Shown here: one piece after another, positions 26,086 to 35,793 of the stretch
Layout: every line of letters begins with the position of its first letter
How positions within the stretch are numbered: the first letter of the stretch is position 1
Assembly (NCBI GenBank): GCA_002245135.1
Contig: NGBS01000904.1
Location: 1-40,969, forward strand
Direction of reading: 5' to 3'
Source of the DNA: Proteromonas lacertae
Taxonomy: Eukaryota
DNA: 40,969 nt
Position numbers and translations under genes: made by a program
The notes under the pieces: model-generated
What the model was told of the DNA's origin: nothing
The model's input: the letters and a program-made list of their open reading frames with translations, nothing else
The model's database searches: none

Positions 26086-29000
26086 ATGAAGAGATCATTA
26101 CCTAGCGATAATACTCCAGCAAAGAAGCAAAGGACTTCAAGGAGCCCGAGAAGAGATCGCGCAGTAGTTCCACCGATGGTTAATGATCCAAGAGCATTAC
26201 CTATGGATCAGAGAGTTTTCAACATGCATGAGAAGGAGTTGTCTTCCATGGAGTACTCTAGGGTAATCCAGATGGAGACTCCTCAAATGACCTTAAGAGA
26301 TAATCCAGAAGCCTTCGTCAATCAACTATGCTATGGCAATGAACCATTCTACGATAGATTGGAGCAGATACTGACTGCTCATGTGAACCTCAAAGTAAGC
26401 ATCACATTGATTTGTACCTTCGAAGAGACCGCAGGCACCAACAAGATCTATACTGTCAAGTGCGATACATTCCCAATCAACAACTTCATCGATAGGAAGA
26501 GCATCCAGGATCTATTCCAAGCAGCGATTCATGATAAGCTCAATAAGGACTTAGCTCAAGAGAAGTCAGGGATGATCTTCAAGACAATAGATGGGGTCAA
26601 AGTAAAGCTAGCAGTCTTTGATAGCATGCAAGGAGGATGTTGTAGGATCCCGAAGTTGCCTGAGTTTATTGCTAATAAGAAGTGTTGTTGTACAGTAAAG
26701 AACACTGACGATCGATGCTTCCTTTACTGCATCGTGATGTTCTTAAAACCTTCCTGTGGTACTAATCCTAATCGTCCGAAGCAATATGAACCCTTCCTAT
26801 CCATGGTCGATGATAGCATGTTAACCTACCCAATGGACTTAGACTTCCATCATAACAAGATTCAACAGTTCCAGAAGAAGAACCACCTTACCATCTCCAT
26901 CTTCGGTCTTAAGATCATCAATGAGGAGTCAAAGAAGGAGAAGAACCATATCCATTGCGTAGCTCCAATCTACTTACCGAAGATCGATAAGCACTTAAAC
27001 TACCCCCATGTGAATCTATTCTATCATGAAGGTCACTTCTGGTTAGTCAAGAGTCTCAGCGCCCTTATGAAGAGATCGTACTCCAAAGACACCGGTAAGA
27101 AGAACCACAACACTTACTTTTGTTGTCCTTACTGTTGCTCGGGAACAACTTCCTTCCGGCAGTTCCTTACTCATCAAAGTTATCCCTGCCAGAAGCTTAT
27201 CAAGTACCGTATCAAGAGAGAGTTCCCTGACTCAAACGATTATGAGAAGAGCCATTGCTTCTTTAAGCACTACAAGAACATGCAATACATCCCCATTGTC
27301 ATCTACTACGATACCGAGGTCTATTTCAAGAAGGTATCCCACGTTGATGCAGATGGTAATGCCTTAAACGAAAGCAAGACTGAGGAGTCCAAGAAGTCCC
27401 TTCACGTATTATACAGTTATCATATCCTTGTGTGGAGTAGAGTCGATGACTTCCCTTCAAGGTGCATTGAAGGCAAGAAGACAAGTCCCGATCAGAACTT
27501 AGAAGAAGAGCTAGTGAGTCAGTTCCTATTGATCGGAGAGTTGATTGAGGACTATTATCGAGAGATCAGTGATAAGCCAAAGGTGATGAGAGTAACTAAG
27601 GATGATCAGGCAGCTTTTAATGAAGCAACTAACTGTGCCTTCTGTGGTGAGTTGTTTACCAAGGAGAACTATAAGGTAAGACATCATGATCACTTCACCG
27701 GTAAGTACATCGCAGCCTTATGCAATTCCTGTAACACAGCTTGCCAGATTGCTTATATGAGAATCCCGGTGATAGCCCACAATGCTAAGAACTACGATCA
27801 GGCATTCATCCTACGAGAGTTAGCTAAGAGATGTCAAGTAGATGTGATACCAAAGTCCGATGAGAAGTTCCTTAGCATATCAACCTTACGATTGTCCTTC
27901 ATTGATAGCTACTGCTTCATGTCCTCTAGCTTAGAGTCTCTTACAGAGTGCTTACATCGTCAGGCAGTCCAGTCCGGGGACTTCAAGAAGTACTTTGCCC
28001 TGGTGTTCTATGTGATGAACCAGATCAAGGGATATGATGAAGAGTTGATCAAGACTTACCTCATGCAGAAGAACTACTTCCCTTATGAGTATTGTGATGA
28101 CTTAGCCAAGTACGATGACCCAGAGTTACCACCACAAGAAGCTTTCTACTCAGAGCTCAATATGAAAGGAATCAATGAGGAGGAGTACAACTTTGCCTGT
28201 GAAGTGTTTAAGAAGTTCAAGTGTCAGTCCTTAGGTGATTACAACATGCTTTACTTAGCCGTCGATGTTGGCATCCTAGCAAGTGTCTTTGAGAACTTCC
28301 GTAATGTTATCCTCGGAGGGTTCCAGTTAGATCCAGCCTGGTACATCTCTGGTCCTAGTTTATCATGGGATGCATTCCTCCAGCATGAGCACATCAGCAT
28401 CCCCTTGATCTCCGAGGAAGACATCTACGACTTCTTCATAGCTGGCCTTTACGGAGGTATCTCATCTATGGGAAGTGAAAAGTATAGCACTAGTAACAAC
28501 AAGTATCAGAACAACTACGATCCATCGGAGCCTTCTACTTATATCATGTACAATGACTACAATAGCTTATGCCCATCCACGATGTCCTCCAGCAAGTTAC
28601 CATGTGGAGATTTCAAGTTCATTGCCACGACCGATGAAGTCATTCAAGAAATCCTCTCGAAGCCTTATTACGATGACATGTCTATGAAGGAGTTCAAGGA
28701 GCCAGGTAAAGGATACTTCCTCGAAGTCGATATCGAGTGTCCGAGAGAGCTTCATGATAAGTTCAAGGAGTATCCTTTGTTCCCAGAACGAAAGACAATC
28801 GCTTACGATCAGCTATCACCGACTCAGCAGGCATTAGCTCAAGAGCATGGATTGGTGCTAACAACAGAGGATGGTAAGATGACCATGAAGGTAAAGACCG
28901 AGAAGTTGATCTGCGATCTCACCCCTAAGAAGAATTACGTAATCCATAATCAGGCACTTAAGTATGCAGTTGAACAAGGTTATAAGATACAAGGTGTCCA

Positions 29001-29994
29001 TCGTGTGTTGGAGTTCACCGAAGAACCTCTGATGAAGACCTTTGTGGATGATATGATCCGATACCGAGTAGATGCAAAGAAGAGCAATCGTACTGCCGAT
29101 AGTGATACTTATAAGCTATTGTTGAACTCCATCTATGGTAAGAGCTGTGAGCGTAAGGAACGACGATCCAGCATCAAGATAGCCTGCTCCGAGAAGACCT
29201 TTAAAAAGTACGCTAGCAGCAACTGGTTCGATACCTTCAAGAACTTAGATGAAGAAGATCCAGATCTCCGATTATGTTATTTCAATAAGTCCGCCTGCTT
29301 CATTGACATGCCCATCTTCCTCGGTACATCAATCTTATGCTTATCGAAGTTGAAGATGCAAAGGTTCTGGTATGATGTTCTCTATCCCTTGTATGGATCC
29401 TCCTTGAAGTTGCTTATGACTGATACCGACTCCTTGCTTTATAAGTGTCAGACTGAAGACATCTATCGAGATATTATGGAGCATAAGCAGTTCATGAGGA
29501 TGATGGACACTGGCAATCTCAACGTTGACATCTTAAGGGATAGAGGAATCGTCTATGACAATTACAAGGACACTGGCAAGTTGAACTTATTGAAATGTGA
29601 AGAGAACAAGAATGGTAAGCTTTATACAATCACTCAGTTCGTCGGAATTAAACCAAAGATGTATGCTTACGAGAAGAGTGAAGCTTCTTCCGTCTACGTG
29701 GAATGTGATAGCCGTGCAAAGGGACTCAATAAAGCCTTAAGAGAACAGAAGAACTTTGACGTCTACTTCAAGACTCTCTTCAACATGCTACCCATGGAGG
29801 ATATGAATTGTAAGACCAGGAACTTCCGTGTCCTCGATCAGCACATCTACACCGTAGAGACCACCAAGAGAGTCTTCACTCCCTTTGATGATAAGAGGTA
29901 CTTTATCGATCACATTAGAACATTGCCTTATGGGCACTACTCAATACTACCGAAGGATCAAGAGGATGATGATGATTTCAATGAGTTGTGGTGA
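26086..29994 (+). CDS. Protein-primed family B DNA polymerase (Polinton-type: terminal protein, vOTU-like protease, Zn finger, exonuclease with inserted endonuclease VII-like HNH, polymerase)
   Basis: ExoI YYDTE, ExoII HNAKNYD, ExoIII YLAVD; Pol motifs DYNSLC, KLLLNSIYGK, MTDTDS and KPKMY; C-terminal FDDKRY...TLPYGH typical of Polinton pPolB; NTDDRCF...HF and CAFC...HHDHFTG...LCNSCN. Confidence 0.95.
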   Translation: MKRSLPSDNTPAKKQRTSRSPRRDRAVVPPMVNDPRALPMDQRVFNMHEKELSSMEYSRVIQMETPQMTLRDNPEAFVNQLCYGNEPFYDRLEQILTAHVNLKVSITLICTFEETAGTNKIYTVKCDTFPINNFIDRKSIQDLFQAAIHDKLNKDLAQEKSGMIFKTIDGVKVKLAVFDSMQGGCCRIPKLPEFIANKKCCCTVKNTDDRCFLYCIVMFLKPSCGTNPNRPKQYEPFLSMVDDSMLTYPMDLDFHHNKIQQFQKKNHLTISIFGLKIINEESKKEKNHIHCVAPIYLPKIDKHLNYPHVNLFYHEGHFWLVKSLSALMKRSYSKDTGKKNHNTYFCCPYCCSGTTSFRQFLTHQSYPCQKLIKYRIKREFPDSNDYEKSHCFFKHYKNMQYIPIVIYYDTEVYFKKVSHVDADGNALNESKTEESKKSLHVLYSYHILVWSRVDDFPSRCIEGKKTSPDQNLEEELVSQFLLIGELIEDYYREISDKPKVMRVTKDDQAAFNEATNCAFCGELFTKENYKVRHHDHFTGKYIAALCNSCNTACQIAYMRIPVIAHNAKNYDQAFILRELAKRCQVDVIPKSDEKFLSISTLRLSFIDSYCFMSSSLESLTECLHRQAVQSGDFKKYFALVFYVMNQIKGYDEELIKTYLMQKNYFPYEYCDDLAKYDDPELPPQEAFYSELNMKGINEEEYNFACEVFKKFKCQSLGDYNMLYLAVDVGILASVFENFRNVILGGFQLDPAWYISGPSLSWDAFLQHEHISIPLISEEDIYDFFIAGLYGGISSMGSEKYSTSNNKYQNNYDPSEPSTYIMYNDYNSLCPSTMSSSKLPCGDFKFIATTDEVIQEILSKPYYDDMSMKEFKEPGKGYFLEVDIECPRELHDKFKEYPLFPERKTIAYDQLSPTQQALAQEHGLVLTTEDGKMTMKVKTEKLICDLTPKKNYVIHNQALKYAVEQGYKIQGVHRVLEFTEEPLMKTFVDDMIRYRVDAKKSNRTADSDTYKLLLNSIYGKSCERKERRSSIKIACSEKTFKKYASSNWFDTFKNLDEEDPDLRLCYFNKSACFIDMPIFLGTSILCLSKLKMQRFWYDVLYPLYGSSLKLLMTDTDSLLYKCQTEDIYRDIMEHKQFMRMMDTGNLNVDILRDRGIVYDNYKDTGKLNLLKCEENKNGKLYTITQFVGIKPKMYAYEKSEASSVYVECDSRAKGLNKALREQKNFDVYFKTLFNMLPMEDMNCKTRNFRVLDQHIYTVETTKRVFTPFDDKRYFIDHIRTLPYGHYSILPKDQEDDDDFNELW

Positions 29995-30146
29995 GACCAG
30001 TAACACGCATAAGCTCATAGCTTTTACTATCAACGAGTGTTTAGGGTACTTGTAAAGTCACTGGAGTAAGAATCATCGGAGATAGCTAGTTGGTCTTTTC
30101 CTTGTCATTCAAAGAGCTACTTACAATCACCCACAATTACTTATCA

Positions 30147-30644
30147 ATGGAAGCCATCGGTAACAACTTACTCCAGACCGTAGATTGCCCAAGTGATAAC
30201 AACTACCCGAAGTTACCATCAGAGAATGAAAGGCAAGTGTTAGAGATGTGGATGAACAGGGCCGAGCAGATCTATCATTCCCTGGTCAGTGGAGAAGCAC
30301 GTATACTCTACGATGAAGCAATCTCTCGTTATTGTAAAGACGAGATCATCAGTAGTAGCTTCGGAAAGGCTTACAACCTCTTGGACACTTGCGAGAAGAT
30401 TAACATGGAGAGTTGTCTTGGACAAGGTGCAATGATAAGAGACTTAAGGCATCGACTCAATTAAGAGAACGAAGTGTACCTTGTAGGCAATTCAATTAAG
30501 AGAAAAGCATCTCTAGGAAGCTACTTGAAGGATAAGAGACGTAGACTTAACAAGAGCAAGGAGTCTTCCTCTGACGATTCCTCCTCCTTCTCTGAGAAGG
30601 ATGAGGAATCACCGGAGGAAGACTTTACCGAGGACAATGCTTAA
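30147..30644 (+). pseudogene. Orphan ~165-aa ORF of element A interrupted by one TAA (30462-30464)
   Basis: After the TAA the same frame continues ENEVYLVGNSIKRKASLGSYLKDKRRRLNKSKESSSDD...EDNA*, with a bipartite NLS-like motif and an acidic tail. Confidence 0.55.
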
Positions 30645-30904
30645 CCAACACCCCCAAGAAGCCAAAGTAAATGATCTTAAGATAATCAACCTCCTACATT
30701 CATTCTCTAGTCTTTGTAAGGGGGGTAATAGAAAACATAGCTTCATCATCCCGAGATAACCATCACTTCTAGATAGCTTCCAGGAGTCCCCGTAGGAGAT
30801 CGTCTCATAGATAGATAGATATAGGTAGGTATAGAAATAGCTTAGAGGAGTTCCAGTAAGGAAGTAGACCCCGTTGAGAAGTAGACCCTGTTGGGAGGAA
30901 TCCC

Positions 30905-30962
30905 GTAGGAACCTTACGTAAATGGGACTATGGTACAATGTGCCAGAGTCCCATTTATATAC
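30905..30962 (-). repeat. Right TIR of element A
   Basis: GTAGGAACCTTACGTAAATGGGACTATGGTACAATGTGCCAGAGTCCCATTTATATAC, an inverted copy of 23554-23610. Confidence 0.95.
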
Positions 30963-30968
30963 TATATA

Positions 30969-33900
30969 ATAATGATATACCAATAATCAGCGATACATTC
31001 TTTGGTGGATTAATGCCTTCTTCCCTACCAAAACCTAACCAAAATCAAAGATTTAATGATAGAATACGTGATGCTAGAGAAGTTGATAAATCATCTCAAG
31101 GTGTTACCAGGAAATGGGTTTTCAATTATAACAATAGAAATTACAGTACATTACAACAATGTTATCATGATTTTGTTAATAATAGTGATATCAAAGATAT
31201 ATTACATGAACTAGCTGATACTATGAATATGATCAAATTTTTCTTTATTGTACGTTCAATTTATATACCTGATGAGTCTACTGACAGCGATGATGAAGTT
31301 TCTATATTTAGTCGTAGTAGACTATGTGAAATAACAAAAATGTCTACTGTAGGTGAAATACAAACTATACTGGAGAATATATTTACACAAATATCAGAAG
31401 ATGATTCAAATCATCCTCAAAGTGGTCTTACTTTTGCTAGAGTAAATACTATTGAATTATATGTAACAAAATTTAAAGTGATACGTGGAAGTAGTTTTAT
31501 TGTTTTACCTGCAAAATTTCAAGGTCTTAGATGTTTAACAAATGTAATAAATGAAGATAATGAATGCTTTAAGTGGAGTGTACTATGTTCATTATATTCT
31601 AATAATCTACAATGTAATAAAGATAAACCTGAAAAATACAAAATGTATGAAAAGAAACATGATTGGAGTATGTTAACATTCCCTGTTGATGCTACAGACA
31701 ATGAATCTATTGATAAATTTGAAACAAAGAATCGACTAAATGTGAATATATTTTATATTGATATTGCTAAAGATAAAGAAGAAATATTCTTACCCATTCA
31801 TTTATCTAAACAAAAGAAATCTAAAAAATATAGTGTTGTAAATCTATTGCTAATAAAAAATGAAGATGGAAATTCACACTATTTAACAATAAATGCCTTA
31901 CCTGCTTTATTTAGAAAAATGATAGATAAAAAGAATAATACTAATAATATATTTATGTGTCCATACTGTCTCTTCTATACTTACGATGATGGATCCTTTA
32001 ATAGTCACCAAATATATGACTGTCAAGATAAAGAGAATGTATTAAGATTATTCCCTGATAAAGATGATAAAGAAAAATCATACTTAAAATTTAGGCATTG
32101 GACTCACCTCCAAACATTGCCAGTTGTTATGTATTATGATACTGAAACTTATTTTGTACCATATGATAATGAATTGAATTTAAGTAGATATAAATCTATG
32201 GAAGAAATAGATGATAATGATACTAGAATAGAATTATCAAAAACTGAGCAATCTATTATGGCTAGGCATAAGCTTTATTCCTACTGTATCTATGTAAATA
32301 GTAAAATACCAGATATAAACAGTTTTACTGTGATTAAATATAAACAAAATGAGGATCATAATATTGAAAATGATTTTGTATTGGATATATTAAATATATA
32401 CGATCAAATATGTACAGTTTACAATTACAGACTAGCTAATCCTAAACCTTTTGATGGAGATGAAATAGCTAAGGATATACATAATAAAAAGAGAAAATGT
32501 GACTTTTGTGGTAAACCATTTAATTCTATTGATCATGTAAAGGTACTACACCATGATCATTTCACAGGTCATTTATTGCTTCAATTGGTAGTAATGAGAA
32601 TCTAAATATTGATATAAAAAAATTAAAAGTACCAATAATAGGTCATAATGCTATGAAATATGACCAGCATTTCATAGTAAAGGAATTAGCCAAATTTGCT
32701 GCAATAACTAATAGCCCACTCAATATTATACCTAATACAGATGAAAACTATAAGTGTATACAATACAAGAATTTGGTGTTTATTGACAGTTATTTATTCT
32801 TAGCAGGTTCTCTAGCAAATTTAACTAGTGATCTAAAAATTACAGCAGAATTAAATAATACTAAGAAAGAAAAATTCAAAACAATTTATGAGAATTTTAA
32901 AGAATATAATGGACATTACCTAGATGATGAAATTATTGAAAAATACTTACTTCAAAAGAATTATTTTCCATATGAACATATGACATCTCTTGAAGCTTTT
33001 GAAGAAAATTTCAAAGATCTTACTATAGATGATTTTAAGTCTAAATTGAATGATAATGAAACTATTAAACCTGAAGAATTTGATTTTGCTATGGAAGTAA
33101 ATCAAATATTTGGATTTGATAATATACGTGAATACAATTTATTTTACTTGAAAATTGATGTTTATATTCTTCAGTCTATATTTAATGATTTTAGAGATAA
33201 TATATTTGATACTTTTCATATAGATCCTTGTTGGTATATTTCATTACCCAGTTTATCACTCGATTTATTCTTGCATGTATCTGATGTGGAACTTAAATTA
33301 TTTTGTGAACCTGAATACTATGATTTTATATTGAATGGTTTATACGGTGGATTATCATATATTGGTAAGCGTAAGGAAGATGCAAATAACAAATTTATGA
33401 AAAATTATGATGAAACTTTACCTAGTAAATTCTTATTATATCAAGACTATAATTCTTTATACACTTCAGTTATGGCTTCTTGTAAAATGCCTTTAGATGA
33501 CTTTGAATTTATTGATCCAAATTCTATTACATTAGAAAGTATACTTGATTTACCATATTATGAAGAAATGGATCAAGATAGATTGGAGAATAATGATTTT
33601 GGTTATATATTAGAAGTTGATATTGACTTACCTATAGAACTACAAGACAAGTTTAAAGAATACCCATTGTTACCTGAAAGGAAGAAAATACCTAAAGAAT
33701 GGTTATTTGATATACAAACTGAAAGAGCTGAAAATCTTGGTATTATACATAAAGAAAGAGGTACTTACCATGCTACTGAGAAATTAATAACTGATTTGTA
33801 TCCTAAAGAAAAATATATAATACACTACCAAAATTTGAAGTTTGCAGTTGAACATGGCTATAAAGTGGGTAAAGTGTACAGAATAATGAGATTTACTGAA

Positions 33901-34372
33901 GGTCTATATATGGGTAAATATATTAATACTATGGTACAAAAAAGAGTCCAAGCTAAAGAAAACAATCAAAATACTACTGCAGACTATATAAAGAAATTAA
34001 TGAATAGCTTATACGGTAAATTTATGGAACGTGTTGAAAAGAGAAGTAACATATCTTTAATTACTAATGAAGATCAAATGATTAATGCTGCAAGTGATCC
34101 ATGGTTTAAAGACTTTATCATTATTGAAGGTGATTTAAGAATTGCACATTTTCATAAGAAGCTATATGAAATTAATAAACCTATACAAATTGGAATGGTT
34201 ATCTTAGCACTGTCTAAACTCAAAATGCAAAAATATTGGTATGATGTATTGGATAAAAAATATGGTTCTGATAAGCTAACACTATGTATGACTGATACTG
34301 ATAGTATACTTTTCTCAGTTGAAACTAATGATATTTTTAAAGACTTAGAGGATCCTAATAATAATGAAAGAA
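30969..34372 (+). pseudogene. Element B: AT-rich Polinton-type pPolB, frameshifted at ~32570 and truncated after motif C
   Basis: Collinear with pPolB A: IRGSS, NEDNECFKWS...HY, CPYC, YYDTE, CDFC...HHDHFTG, then a 1-nt deletion (GGT CA TTT ATT GCT) before ...PIIGHNAMKYD, DYNSLY, KKLMNSLYGK and MTDTDS. Homology stops at ~34370; the KxY motif and C-terminus are missing. Confidence 0.9.
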
Positions 34373-34455
34373 AGGGGGAAATAGCACAGTGTGCCATTTC
34401 CCCCTATGGTTTTTTGATTCAAAAAAAGATCCGTTTCAATGTGTGCCATTTCCCC
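34373..34455. repeat. 33-bp palindrome plus a repeat of its right arm (putative terminus of element C)
   Basis: AGGGGGAAATAGCACA-G-TGTGCCATTTCCCCCT (34373-34405, 1 mismatch); GTGTGCCATTTCCCC recurs at 34441-34455. Confidence 0.85.
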
Positions 34456-34609
34456 ATATTGTTTTTTCATCATTAGAAACGTTTTTAATGCATAATAAAT
34501 ATATCAATCGATTTCTCTATTTATGCTGGGCTCATATATGCCCTTAGTTTGACTTTCTGATCATAATCGAAATTTAATTTTCTTAAAAAAATTCAAAAAA
34601 CAATGATAG

Positions 34610-34661
34610 ATAGGATGGCCACTATACTGTGTGATATGACACCATATAGTGACCATCCTAT
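34610..34661. repeat. Subterminal hairpin (17-bp stem)
   Basis: ATAGGATGGCCACTATA (34610-34626) pairs with TATAGTGACCATCCTAT (34645-34661) with 1 mismatch; inner GTGT/ACAC pairing. Confidence 0.85.
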
Positions 34662-34834
34662 ATCAAATAAAACAAAATATAGAGTTCAAGCCAAATCACT
34701 TTTGAAACGCATCTATTTTTCTATTATTGATATTTCTTATAAGACTTGTTATAATGCTAATTAATTATGTAAATTATGAAAACAACACTCCCACACAAAC
34801 ACAATATATCATTTGAACCAATTAGGACCAGAGA

Positions 34835-35627
34835 TTAATAATCATTTTGGTACTCTGGCTCCACATCATCATCATCATCTACTATAAATTGTGACAAGTT
34901 ATCATCATCCTCATCTTCCTCTGTACTGGTGTCTTCTTCCTTTCTGTTTGAATTTCTTTTCTGATTGGTCTTCTTTCTTTTGAATCTTGGAGCTTTAGAT
35001 GTACTGCGCTTTCTTTTGGTGGATGACACCTTTAACAACTTGTTGTCATCATCATCATTATAATCATCATCATCCAGATTATCAAACAACGATGCTATAG
35101 AGACTTTACTACTTACTATACTTTCAGCAGTACTTCTGTAAACAATATCTCCTTTCGAATTCTTGTTTTCTTCTTTTTCGCATTTTGCTAAATCGTTGTC
35201 ACCGAAATGTATGATATACATACAAGTCAGTTCTATCATATCCTCCATTGCATGGTCAAGCATACGATCATACTATTGATTCAAAATTGAAATATATATT
35301 AAATGAATATACGATGCTTTTGTCCAGATCCTCTTTATACACGATATTACATAGCAGGACAGACATCAACACTCTGGACATCTTTAATCTTTCATGATGA
35401 TCATCAATCTTTTCAATTTCTGTGAATCTTTTGTACCATGTAGTGAAACGCCTTATACTGAAGTTACCATTCCAGCTATAGACATATAATAATATAATAT
35501 ACCTATAACGTTGCAAATCTTTCTCATGTTCTACAATCGTCTTAAAATTCTCACATAAAATTTTATATATGCTCGGATTTGGATCATTAATGAAGCTGTT
35601 TTTGTATAGTATCTTCCAGTTGCTCAT
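34835..35627 (-). CDS. Orphan protein with basic and acidic C-terminal tail, probably two spliceosomal introns
   Basis: A 40-nt GT-AG intron (35273-35312) joins the 133-aa and 142-aa ORFs in frame (DKSI|YDRML). A 27-nt in-frame GTATAT...TAG segment (35476-35502) looks like a second intron. Confidence 0.7.
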
Positions 35628-35793
35628 AATAAGTGAATTGAAAGGGAAATAACGTTGAACGATGAACAAATGTTATATGTATATATATATATTTTTTAAA
35701 TGTTGTTATAAAGACATATAACTCTATTAATTTAGATAATAATCATAATGAAATGAATTTCATTATTACTTTTGTTTTTTGTTTTTGGACCAT

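Larger units (their letters stand above)
23554..30962. mobile_element. Element A: 7.4-kb TIR-bounded, pPolB-encoding element (Polinton-related or linear-plasmid-like), no recognisable integrase or capsid
   Basis: Near-perfect terminal inverted repeats with TATATA on both sides (23548-23553, 30963-30968). GC content shifts abruptly at both ends (roughly 40-47% by eye and from a sampled line, versus ~20-30% outside). Contains an intact pPolB. Confidence 0.92.

Noticed and set aside
23611..30680. TAA/TAG read as Gln in element A (in-frame TAA at 30462; several ORFs could extend to a TGA)
   Set aside because: The 1302-aa pPolB has many Gln residues and no in-frame TAR, and the minus-strand frames tried also contain TGA. 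A point mutation is the simpler explanation.
30861..30894. CRISPR-like array
   Set aside because: Only two adjacent repeats, no spacers, eukaryotic context and no cas genes.
30938..30968. ATG start of the 555-aa ORF
   Set aside because: It lies inside the right TIR of element A, so the N-terminus MCQSPIYIL is an artefact of the insertion.
34373..34476. C-terminal residues of the 607-aa ORF
   Set aside because: Read-through into the palindromic non-coding sequence; no similarity to pPolB A.
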